Below are positions 51,310-62,944 of a DNA stretch of 64,000 bases, one piece after another. Every line of letters begins with the position of its first letter. Within the stretch, counting starts at the first letter, position 1. Location: the NCBI RefSeq assembly GCF_020745735.1, contig NC_083421.1:38679001-38743000 (forward strand), in the 5' to 3' direction. This DNA is from Hemiscyllium ocellatum. Lineage: Eukaryota. The translations under genes and the position numbers were made by a program. The notes under the pieces were generated by a model. It made no database searches, had not been told where the DNA came from, and saw only the letters and a program-made list of their open reading frames with translations.

Positions 51310-52100
51310 GTGACATCCGGGTATCACTGCACAGCTTTTTGCTAAGTAGGTGCTACTTGATAGCACTGTTGATGACACCTTACAGATGATTGAGAGTAGA
51401 CTGATGGGGCGGCAACTGGCCGGGCTAGATTTGGCCTGTTTGTGTGCAGGTCATATCAGGACAATTTTCCCTTTTGCTGGGTAGAGGCCCAATATAACTG
51501 TACTGAAACAACTTGATTCAGGTGTGGTGAATTCTAGAACACAAGTCTTCAGTACAATTGTTGAAATGTTGTCAGAGTCCCATAGAGTGGACAGCATCAG
51601 GTACCTTCACTAGTTTTTTGATGTCATGTGGACTGAACTGAATGGACTGGAGACTGTTATCTGTGAGGCTGGTAAAGATGAATCATCAGCTTGGCAATTC
51701 TGGCTCAAGATTGTTTCAAATGCTTCAGGCTTATAACTTATACTGATGTCCTGCTACCCCCCACCACCCCCCCAAACATTAGGGATGGGAATTTTTGTGT
51801 AGCCTTCTCCTCCAGTTAGTTGTTTTGTTGTTTCCCTCCATTTACAACTAGATGTGACTGAATTACAGTGCTTAGATCTAATCCATTGGTTGTGGGTTCA
51901 CTTAGCCATGTTTATCATTCTGCTTGCTCTGTTTGGCATGAAAGTAGTTGTGGTCTGCATCTTGACACCTCAGTTTGGCATATGCCTAGTGCTTCTGCTC
52001 TGCCAATGGCTCACAGCGCCTCATGGGATACCCAGTCTTGAGTTGCTAGCTCTCCCCAAAATCTGTCCCATTTAGTATAAAGATAATGCCACAACATGAT
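51310..52100 (-). mobile_element. Decayed L2/CR1-group LINE ORF fragment (probably the same family as 60400-64000)
   Basis: Minus strand codes ANLARPVAAPSVYSQSSVRCHQQCYQ-like RT N-terminal relic; assignment by family resemblance only. Confidence 0.5.
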
Positions 52101-52104
52101 CTAT

Positions 52105-52287
52105 TTCTCTCACTCCAGCTCCCCCCAACAAGTTTTTTAAAAAAAATCACCATTTTTAAATCCCTTTCAGTTCTGAAGAAGTCATCTCAGATTCAAAACG
52201 TAAACTTTGTTGCTCTTTCCACAGATGCTGCTGAATTTCTCCATCATTTTCTGTTTTATTTCAAGATCTCCAACATCTGCAATACTG
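52105..52287 (+). mobile_element. Penelope-type terminal repeat with HHR relic
   Basis: gtt-CTGAAGA-agtcatctcagattc-aaaa-cg-ta-aac, then tccacagatgctgctga..agatctccaacatctgcaata. Confidence 0.6.
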
Positions 52288-53044
52288 TGAGCTTGTCTCA
52301 GCATATTTGGAGATGTTTGAGCAAATGTAACTGTAGGAATTGAGGGGAGTTATGAATGATCAAGAAAGAGAAGAATAAAATCAATTTAAGATTTCCAACT
52401 CTGCCAAAAAAGTTTAAAAGCTGAATAAAAGAGTGGCAATAAGATGGAAAACAGAAGAAAGCAACTAAGGAAAGGAAAGAGAGAAAATGCAGAATATGAA
52501 AACAGGGCTGCAGATGTCTGAGGTTTTGACACCAGCCACGAAGCAGATTTAATTATCAACTTACAAATCTGTTATATAATGAGTCAACTGTTGGGGCTCT
52601 TATGCATAGTGTGTTTGGCCCTGTCACAGAGTCACAAAGTACTGGGCTCAAGTCCTCCTTACGTCAGAGGTGTGTAACAGCATCTCAGTACAGGTTGGGT
52701 AGATAATATCTCTAATAAGTTAATTCAGTAAGTTAATAAAATTGATTTTAATTTTGGATAAAAGGGACAAATGAAAGTGTTTACAAAGTCAGAATTTATG
52801 TAGGAAAAACCGATCGGATGCGATTAAACATGTTTCTCGGGGGGAAGCAGGACTGTGTAAACTCTGTAACTTTCCAATCTCTTGCTCAGAAGGCCAGAGG
52901 TCTTGCAATTTTATTCATTTCGTTTTTCAATTTTCAGTCCTTGTTTTATTTGTGTTACATATTGCAAGTATTCGTAACCTGGTTGTTCACTGTCCCCTGA
53001 ATTTACAGTTGTTTATTTTGTAGTTAATATAATACAATAAATAA

Positions 53045-53778
53045 GCACAGGAACAGGCCCTTTGGCCCAACAAGCCTGCACGGATTCCTATTACTTTCTT
53101 AGACCCGCTTCTTATTGCCCATTCACAGTTTCTTTCCCTCTGTTTGCCTCCCATTCATTTGTCTATTAACATACGCTTCAAACATTGCTAATGTACCTGC
53201 TTCCACCACCTCCACTGGCAGTGCATTCCAAGCACCCATCACTCACTCTGTGAACAATTTTCCCTGCACTTCTCCTCTAAACATTCCCCCTCTCACCTTG
53301 AACCTGTGCCATCTTGTAATTGACATTTCCACTCTAGGAAAAAAATCCCTGACTATCTGCTCTATCTATGCCTCTCATAATTTTGTAGACTTCTACCAGG
53401 TCATCCCTCAGCCTCTGCCTTTCCAGGGAAAACAATCCAGGTTTATCCCACCTCTCCTCATAAGTAAAACCCTCCAGACCAGGCTACATCCAGGTAAGTC
53501 TTCTCTGAACCATCTCTGAAACATCAGCGTTTTTCTGGGAGTGAGGCGATCAGAACTGCATGCAATATTCCAAATGTGGCCTAACCAAAGTTTTAAACAG
53601 CTGTAACATATGTCGCCAACTTTTATATTTGATGCCCTGGCCAATGGAGGCATGTGTGCTGCATACCTTCTTGATGGCCTTATCCACCTGTGTTGCCACT
53701 TTGAGGGATCTGTGGACCCGTACACCCAGATCTCTCTGCGTGTCAAGCTTTTAAGTGTTCTGCCACTTATTGTATAAT
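53045..53778 (-). mobile_element. CR1 LINE 3' fragment
   Basis: 3' UTR ggcttgttgggccaaagggcctgttcctgtgc and ORF2 C-terminal relics (ORF 53408..53791 region). Confidence 0.85.
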
Positions 53779-54201
53779 AAAATAATAACAATGAAGTAGT
53801 TCATGAAATGATCAACCAACTGCCCATATTGCAGTTTTTTAATGTTGGTATAATATAGAATATGCTTTTTTATGAAGAGCATTCTGCCTGAGTAAAAGAG
53901 CATTAATACAGACCGTCATTTTCTATGAATTGTGGGTCACAGTGAACCCACAGTTTATTTTCCTCATCTTATGCTTTGCAGGGAAGATAGATTTTTTTAA
54001 AAAATCAAGACAATTTAAAACCATAGTCTTGCCTTTTTTAACTAAAGCTCACTGGAGGATGTTAAAGCTATGCAACGTTTGTGATTTAAAATTGTGACAT
54101 TTATTGCATTTGGCCCAAAGACCAAATTGTTTCACCAATGTCACCTTCCTGGATGTAAAGCTGGGTTTCCTGGGTAAGAATTTGTCTTTAGATAACAGCT
54201 A

Positions 54202-55114
54202 CCATATAAACTCGTGTAAAAGTTGAGTTTTTTTTAGACTATTTTTAAAGTTCGATTTATCAAGTTGACTATTACACGGGCACTGGTTTTGAGGGGCTGA
54301 AATTCCTGCTGTAGATTGAACTACCATATTATTAGCAGCAGTCGATTTGATTGCTAGACTAATCCCAGGTAAAGAAGGAAACACAATGAATTACTGTAAA
54401 GCTAATTACCGGATGAAAGCAAGAGAAACAAGAATAAATTACTGGTAGGAAATTTTATTTATACATACTGATATGAAAATTTAACCTGTCAAAGGTTCAT
54501 TGAAATCCTGCAAAATCACACTGTTCAACATCGCCACGGCCTGGCACACTTAAAATGAAACATTTATTAAATTCTGAGTGTGTAAGCACACAGCCAAATC
54601 CTTCCGTTTCCCTCCCACTTACTCTCTTATGTTATGAATCTCAGCAACATGAACAAATTCGTCAAAGAATTAGAGATGTAGAGCTAATATATCTCACTTT
54701 TATTCAGATATAATGGCACAATTAAAATGATTAACTTTTTAATGATGTTATCTTTTGGATGTATAGTGAACAAAATATGATAAGTACCGATACACTTAGT
54801 ACTGGTCGGAATGAATGAATTAATCAAAAGGTGCTGTAGTAAATCAAGTGGGGTAAACAGATTTATGAATGAATGAATGAATGAAGATGCAATATAATAA
54901 ACAAACAGCGATGTGTAGAGTTACCGATATGTATGAATGAATGCAATTTCGTTTAAGTGGGTTCATGGGACCATGGAGTTTCCTTTGTAAGAGGTTTATA
55001 ATGCGATATAGCAGGGTCGGCTTTTACACGCAATATATGGAAAATACAAGTTTGTTTTGGCCAAAAAAAGGGTCGACCTTTACATGAGATCGATGTTTAT
55101 ATGAGTTTATATGT
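54202..55114. mobile_element. Tc2/pogo-type MITE, copy 2
   Basis: TA 54200-54201 + ccatataaactcgtgtaaaagttga ... tcgatgtttatatgagtttatatgt + TA 55115-55116; colinear with 19167-20093. Confidence 0.85.
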
Positions 55115-55769
55115 TATCTTAAGATGCAAAAAACATATTTGCAAATGCTGTTGGATTGAAGAATTTTGAAAACTTGGGTATCACTAAATTCTACCTCATT
55201 ACAAATATTCATGACTCCAATACATAGCTCTTGATCTATACCACAATATGTATTTATTACATTTGAAGTTTCCTTTTCCAATAAAGCAGAAAGCAATCTT
55301 GAATCCATTGTACCCCAATGGTAGCATCAGGAATTGCAATATTAAAATATGGTGCTGTTGATTTTTACTGAATGACCCATTACTGAGAAAGGGTACGATC
55401 TTCTTTGACAATTACATGGGAACCTTGAAATTTAATGTATGTGCATCATCAATGTAATAAATTTTAAATTACTGCACTTGATTGAAAGTAAATGGTACAA
55501 AACATCATTATTCTGGCAACTAGACAGGCTTTAGGGATGAAATCTTATATATTCTATCTGGAGTTATTAAAATAAAATATGTTCCATACATAATCACGGT
55601 TTACATTTGAACAACTTTCATTTGTTCCTTTGGACACGTCATTGCTGGCAGTTGATGCAATGTATTATTATTCATCTCAAAGTGCTGACTTATTACAAAT
55701 GAGTTCCGGGCTGTTTCAGAAGTCAATTGAGAGCTACCTGCATTGCTACATATTGGGCATCGTATATAG

Positions 55770-56015
55770 ATCATATTAGGGAACGTCAGCAAATTTATTT
55801 CCCTCAATGACGTTAGTGAGCCAAGGCTTTTACAACAAACCTGTAATTTCATAGTCCTGACTTAGTAATAACAATGCTGGCTTTTTCTTGAATTCAAGAT
55901 ATATTTCATTAAGTGATGGCACATAAGCTCTTCCTGTGGTGTAATTTGAATTTACCAATTTGCAATATTAGCCCAGACCTTCGAATCTTTAGTCTAGTCA
56001 CATTATCACCGTACT
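55770..56015 (-). mobile_element. Old DeuSINE-like SINE; further tRNA-SINE head fragments at about 32040-32130, 52595-52710, 56905-57080 and 57980-58080
   Basis: Minus strand tagtacggtgataatgtgactagactaaagattc..ccacaggaag head; other fragments carry accactg..ccacaa tRNA-like ends. Confidence 0.5.
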
Positions 56016-58849
56016 ATCCAGCTTTCATGCCCATTGAAATAAGCATAATCCAAAAAGGAAAATGATTAGTTGTAAGGGGTTGAATCAATCCCCCTTTGGT
56101 GTGTCTTAGGACATTGTTACAATGTCTTGGATCCAACCATTCCCAGCACTTGTCGAACTTCTGTTTATCTCAATTATTCTTTCCCTTTCTGCCATGCAGT
56201 GATCAGTTCAGTATTACATTGGAATGGTTGCACAGTATTTGCTGACTGACTGACTTTGTATTCCATCTGTGTACAGTTCTGTTCTCAGCAGACTTAACAT
56301 AATAAGATGCCAGACTTGTGCACTGTCTTACAGGAGAAATTTTACTTCAAGTATTAATTTCAAATTCACAGTATAAATGAAAGGATGCATGTTGCCTTTC
56401 AAAAGCTCTGCACCCTTATTTCACAAGGGTGTTGCTCTGTGCAACTCAAAGCTTTCCTCAAGCATTAATGGCTCCTCCGATTTTAATCTACACAGATAAC
56501 AAAAACGGGTAAACAAGTACTGTGGTGATGACCACCTTGATTGTTCAGGGAAGATGGGTTTCTTATTATATAACCACATTAAGTGTGCAACAAGGTATCT
56601 ATACAACAAATCACAATCCATAGATAATTGTTTATGCATTTTGTTTTTAAAAATAATACAATCGCTTATCAGATTAAGCTCAGTTATGCTGTTATCCAAA
56701 GACTCATGAAATTGTTTTAAAATGGGTTCATCTGGCACAATTCCACTTTCTGTGAACTTCAGCAAATATTGTTCAACTGTTCTTACAATGCTGTAAAAGT
56801 AATCCTAACAAGTATTGAGTTGATGAGTAGCAAAATCCATGACAAATTAACAACATTGTTTGTTTTATTTAATCCATTTTGCTAATCAACCCATTCAGAG
56901 AAGTTAGAACTTGAACCTTTGCCTCTTGGACAGGGGTAGAGACATTACCACTGTGCCACAATAGGGACCCCAAATTCAACAGGTGCCACAGTGGGATTTG
57001 AATCCATGTCTCCACAGCATTAGCCTGGGTGTCTGGTTTACTGGTCTAGTGACATTACCACTATAACACCGTTTCCCCTCAAGTTAACCATGTTGTCTCC
57101 AGGCCATGAATGCTTGCTGCTGATGTTAATCATCAAACAACTTAACACAATCTGAAGATGCTTCACTGTTCATTGTTTTAACGGAAATATTCCCCCTGTT
57201 TAGAAATGAGCTTAGCAATCAACGATAGGCTTATCTATTGAACTTAGTTTAATTTTACTATACTTTATTGGGCTTGTTCGACACAATCCTTTGCATGGAT
57301 ATTGAATCAAAATGCTGTTGTTAATTTGGAAGTTGCAAAAGACTCTTAGAAGTAAGTTCAGTGATTTAAATAATCCACTGATTGAAATACACCAGGCTAT
57401 CCTGAGATCATGAAAAGCACTTTACTTTCAAAATTGCCACAAGAAGGAATGAAAATGAGTGAAGAATGGGATTGGAGTAGAGGGATAATGTTTCCACCTT
57501 GGACGCAATTGGGTCAGAATTGGACTAACTTTCTGATGTGAAGTTTTGATTTCAGCATTTATTCAAAAACTCATGTGCATAACCAGAACATTAAATTCAC
57601 TGTGAATAAATGGAATTGAGCAACATTCTAACATTGAATTACTTATTTTGTCTTTGCATTCAAAAATATTCTTTGGCATATTTAAGAGTAGCAAACTTGA
57701 CAAAATTTTATTACAACAAGTGATACTGGATTTTTCACCAAAACCTAATTTAAAAAGCAATTAGACCATCAGCTGTTAATACTTTAATTTTAAGCTGCTG
57801 AAAATGGTGTTAAAATACTCAATTTCTATCAGTTTCTTAGCAAATTATAGATTTTCAATACTTATATAAACTTTGTCACAAAGTCACAAGCAACTCTCTA
57901 TGTTTAATATCTTGATCCTGGGGTGTGCACGTAATATGACTGAGGTAACCTACAGCACATTTTTAAAAGATAATTTTGTTAACCATTTCAGGCACATCAT
58001 GACATGTCTCTGGAGAAGGTGGAATTTGAATGCAGATCTGCTGGCTTAGAGGTAAGGACACTACCACTGCACCACAATTGCCACCTTTTAGAATGGCATC
58101 AATTATTGTGGAAATTCCACTTAGTCTTGATGTAATTTGCACTTAGAATACTTTCATCTTTTGTACTGGTTTGAGTATGTCAAGCAATTTGTGCTAATAA
58201 TACAAACTGCAGACAAGAATATGTAAACATTGACAAATTAATTTCAGTGATTTAAGAAAATACATGGTCAGGTGAACTGGGAACAAAGTTTAGTCAGGAA
58301 AACAGTAGCAGGTTTTCAAGGTGGAAGTGGTTTGGGTACAGTGTTAGAACATCCATGAAACGTAGAAAGATCAGACAGCCAAAGCTGCTACTTCTTATAT
58401 GACAAAGTAAAGCAAGGTCAAATCAAATCAAAATGGCTTATGACAAATTTCCGATCCATGGTAGTGATGAAAGTCAAACAAAATAAAGGAAGTGCAAAGA
58501 GGAAACTGAAACAGAATACAAGGAGAAAAAGACACTACCAGAAATGGATAACATGAAATGAAATTCAAAAATCTTTTACAAATATGCACAAAATAAACAA
58601 AGGAGTCATAGTCATTGCTCTCTATTAGAGTCAGATATTTGATCATATACAGCTTCAGTGTACCCATTGTCGCAAATGAGGAAAGTGGTCTCCAACAACT
58701 ACAACAGCCATCGACTTTATTCTACAATATACTCTAATCATCTCACTAACCGAGATTATGACCCTATAGAATAAACAAAACAGAATTCAAATTGGACTGA
58801 GAAAGTAGTTTTGTAGGAAGCATGACTGAGGGACTGAATCATGTTGTGA

Positions 58850-60150
58850 CTGTCTTCATGGAAAGAAGAGGCTGAAATTAATGTGTCAATAGAGGAAGGG
58901 TGAGTAGGGATATTACGTAAGATAATAATAGATAGAAAGAGGATTATGAAAAGGTTGACGTCAGAATCAACCAAACACCTGGTTCAGATAACATCTAAGG
59001 ATGCTGAAGGAAGCTGGAATGATTGAACCACAATCTTTCAATCATTTTTTGATAATAGGAGTCATGACATGAAATTGGATGATTGTGAAAAGCAGTGAAA
59101 CTGGTACTTTAAGTCCAGTCAGTCCAACATTAGTGGCAGAAAAAAGGCACCATTTTCATGGTTAAGACTAATTTTCATTTGGAGAAGTATGAGTTGATAA
59201 AGGAAAACTAGCACAGACATGATCAAGGCAAATCCTCTTTGAATAACCTAATTGAGTGTTTTTATAACATGTCAGAGAAGTTTCATAAAGGGTATTATTA
59301 TAGATAGGATTTCAAAACACTTTAGTAAAGTTCTGAGAAGTATTCTTACTTAGAAAATAGAAGCACACAAAATTAAGTGACAGTGGGCATTTACATAAGT
59401 AATTAGTCTAAAAGATAAAAAGGAGAGAAATGTGACAAATCAATATTTTTATTGTTGGAGAGAAATATGAAGTGATATGTCTCTGCAGCAGTATTGAGAA
59501 TATTGGTGTTTTGTTGTATATAAATGACCTGGACTTGTGTTTAAGGAGTACAAATGGGAAGCTTGTGAATCATTCAAAGAAAATAGGGACCAAGATACTT
59601 CCAGACTTCCGGACAGCATAGACAAACCAATGAAATGGACAGACATAGACCAAATGCATTTTGGTGTGGATTTACCTAAGATAGTGCCATAGCGGCAACA
59701 TTGCAAACTTTTCATTGCACTCATTCGAGCGCATGTTGCAATAAAGCAAATTCAATTCAATTCAATAGATGCGCAGTTATTAGCTTTGCTGAGAACAACA
59801 TGGAGAGACAGTGTAATCAAATAATACCTATTTTGAGGAATACAAATACAGAGGAATGTATGTGTTCGCAAGTGTTTGCAAGGTGACAGGTCAAGTAGCT
59901 AATTATTTAAGTGATAATAGGCTTTGTAAATAGGGGCATTAAATATAAAAGTGAAGGAGAGTTTTGACAGAGCAAGGAAAGATAAAACTGTTTCCACTCA
60001 TAAATGGGTCAGTCACCAGAGATCTTGGACATTTACATTATTGACAAAAGAACTCGGAGGGAAATGAGGAGGGTCTTTTTGTCTCACAAAGTGGTTTTAA
60101 ATATTTGGACTGTATTACCCAGCATGGCATAGGAGTTGGGTTCCATAATA
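58850..60150 (+). mobile_element. Very old CR1 LINE fragment
   Basis: Relics of TPGSD, PVSPTLV, DFKTL*KV, YINDLD and the 3' coding region. Confidence 0.65.
59671..59765 (+). mobile_element. 5'-truncated copy of the Rex1-tailed non-autonomous family
   Basis: tacctaagatagtgcc..caacattgcaaacttttcattgcactc..gcatgttgcaataaa(ttcaa)n. Confidence 0.6.
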
Positions 60151-60399
60151 TTCAAAACTATTCCCTAGCACCACAGAATGTGTAAGTAAGATATATTGGA
60201 GTGATCATAAGATCATAAGAAATAGGAGCAGATGTACACCTTTCAGCCAATCAATTCTACTGCATCACTCGATGCAATGATAATGACTGACCTGATTGTG
60301 GTCTTGATGTCATTTCACTGCCTGATCCCTTACCTCACTTTTCAATCAAAGAAGAGCAGCCTTGAATATATTCAATGACTCAGCCACCACTGGTCTTAC

Positions 60400-60877
60400 A
60401 TTTATTCATTCATGAGCTGCAGGTGTCTTTGGCTGAACCAGTATTTAGTGCCCATTGCTAATTGTGCTGCTGCTGGTGAGCTGCCTTTCTTTATCAGCTG
60501 CAGTCTATGTTGTGTAGGTTGAAGCACAATGCTGTTTGGAAGGGAGTTCTAATCTTTTGCCCCAGCCAGGAGGACTGACTGTGAAAGAATGGACAAGTCA
60601 GGATGCGGAGTGACTTGGAAGGGAACCTGCACAAGATGGTGTTTACATATATTTGCTGCTCTTGTCCTTCTAGATGTTAGAGATGACAGCTTTGGCCTTA
60701 GTGAGTTGGTGCTGTGCAAACTGATGCCACTATGCTCAGTACAGTGGAAGTGAATATTAAGAGGGTGCGAAATGGAGTGCTAATCCAGCGGGTTGCCTTG
60801 TGATAGATGGTGTCAAGCTATTTGAGTGGTTGTTTGGAGTTGCATACATCAAGGCAATTGTGGTATATTCCATCAAT
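60400..60877 (-). mobile_element. L2/CR1-group LINE 3' end (tail shared with the DeuSINE)
   Basis: Minus-strand end gggcactaaatactggttcagccaaagacacctgcagctcatgaatgaataaa matches the tail of the SINE at 16400-16461; long non-SINE body upstream. Confidence 0.75.
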
Positions 60878-61136
60878 GAGAAGGCAATTGTATAGTGGTG
60901 AATTAGTAATCCGAGACTCAAATAATGAAATGGGGTCCGCCACCAAGACAGATAGTGGAATTTAATTTCAATAAAATCTGCAGTTAAAAGTCTAATGATA
61001 GTTTTTACAACAATCTAGTTCAGTCAAGATCTTTAGGGAAGGAAAACTGCTGTTCTTACCTGGTGTGGCCCACACGTGACTTCAGACCCACAGCAGTAGT
61101 CATTTAGTTACATAAAGTACTGGAAGGCCTCTAAAG
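60878..61136 (+). mobile_element. tRNA/Deu-SINE-like head lacking a SINE 3' tail; probable 5' UTR of the LINE continuing at 62945
   Basis: Aligns with 16138-16365 (cagatagtggaatttaatttcaataaaatctg; cttacctggtgtggcccacacgtgacttcagacccacagca), then diverges from the SINE tail. Confidence 0.65.
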
Positions 61137-62944
61137 CTATGTAAGAATCCTACTCATTGACTACAGTTCAGCCTTCAACACTATCACCCCCTCGAGACTG
61201 ATTACTAAGCTTAGTGATCTCGGATTAAGCACCACTCTCTGCAACTGGATCCTTAATTTCCTGACCCACAGGCCTCAATCAGTGAAGATTGGGGACAATA
61301 TTTCATCCTCACTAACACTCCACATTGGAGCCCTCCAGAGGTACACACTCAGCCCTTTACTGTACTTACTGTATAACTATGACTGCGTCACCAAATACCA
61401 GACTAATGCCATTTACAAGTTTGCTGATGACACCACCGTAGTTGGTCGAATCTCAGGTGGTGATGAAACAGACTACAGACGGAAGACCTAGAAAAATGAT
61501 GCACTGAGAACAGTCTAGCTCTCAATGCAGGCAAAACCAAGGAACGCGTTATTGACTTTCAGCGGGATGTTACTCACGGCCTCCCCTACACATTAACAGC
61601 ACAGAGGTGGAACGAGTAGAGAGTGTCAAGGTCCTGGGAGTGGTCATCAAAACAAACTTCCTTGGACTCTTCATGTGGACGCACTGTTTTCAAAGGCCCA
61701 ACAACGTCTCTTCTGTCTCAGGCAGCTGAGGAAATTTGGCATGATGACGAATACCTTTGCCAACTTTTATAGGTGCTCCATCGAGAGCATTCTGCCTGGA
61801 TGTATCAGTACCTGGTATGGTAACTATACCATTCAAGATCGGAGACGGTTACAGAGAGTGGTGAACTCAGCTCAGATAATCACAAAGGCCAACCTCCTAT
61901 CTATAGAAACTATCTACCAGGCCCGCTGTCAAGGAAAGGCAGCCTGCATTCTCAAATATATACCCACCCTGGCAATGTTTTTCCCCAATCTCCACTGTTA
62001 GGGAGAAGGTACAGAAGCCTGAACACATGCACCAGCTGGTTTCAAAACAGTTCCTACTCTACTGTTGTTAGAATACTGAATGGACTCACAAATTCTCAGC
62101 ATCTGCCTGTACCTGTGGTTTTTCTTTTTTTTTGCTGCTGTTTACCTACTACAGAAGAACCTCGATTATCCAAACTAGATGGGCGGGCACTACTTCATAC
62201 AGATAATTAATTATTTGGTTAATTGATTTCTTGTGGGGCTCGGAATTTTCTGTGACGTTTGCTTCCCGTTCAGGAGCCTAGGCAAAAGTACACTACGTGT
62301 GGGACCCTGACCTTTGTCTGCTCCCACCCCACCCCAACCCCATCCGCTCCCACCCCACCTCCCACCTGCCCCCAGCCCTGTCCAATACCACTCCTGTCTG
62401 TCCCCCGCCGGGCCCCAACCCCACAGCCATGTCCCCTGTCCATCCCCACTCACCGTGGGGCAGCCAGACTGGATTGCCTTTGTGGGGTAAGTCTCCAAAT
62501 AGTGTGAACACACACACACACACACACACACACCTTTTTGATAGGTTCCACCTCTGCCCTGTATAGGACAATGTTGGAGAGATTATCCAGGGAAGGGTGG
62601 TTTAGGGTTCACCCCTGTGTAGAACTCCAGGGAAAGTGTCGGGGGAGAGAGAGGGCAGGATGTCAGTCATTTAGAGACAATGTCTGGTCTGTCCAGGACT
62701 GTTCGTTTTTAATCATTGTACCTATAAACAAAGACACGATCAGGGTTGAAATACCTCGTTGACATAATGTTTCTATCGGGACTTTGAGATCGCCTTTGGA
62801 TAATCCGATATTTGAATAATTGATATTCGGATAAACGAGGTTCCTCTGTATTTACTTACATATGCTATTTAACTATGTGATCTGCCTGTATTGCACACGT
62901 GACAATAAATTAAATTAAATTAAATTAGATTCAATTCAATTCAA
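61137..62944 (+). mobile_element. Rex1/Babar LINE, 5'-truncated RT and 3' UTR
   Basis: [52 protein letters not shown]; 3' end cacgtgacaataaa(ttaaa/ttcaa)n. Confidence 0.92.
62152..62848. mobile_element. Tigger/pogo-like MITE (697 bp) in the Rex1 3' UTR; (CA)n at about 62508-62532
   Basis: TA + cagaagaacctcgattatccaaa ... ttcggataaacgaggttcctctg + TA. Confidence 0.85.

Noticed and set aside
53928-53955. Small hairpin tgtgggt-cacagtga-acccaca (and a similar one at about 18758-18788)
   Set aside because: Too short for a pre-miRNA and expected by chance in 64 kb.
62211-62762. Pro/Gly-rich ORFs
   Set aside because: Low-complexity C-rich interior and (CA)n of a TA-flanked MITE.
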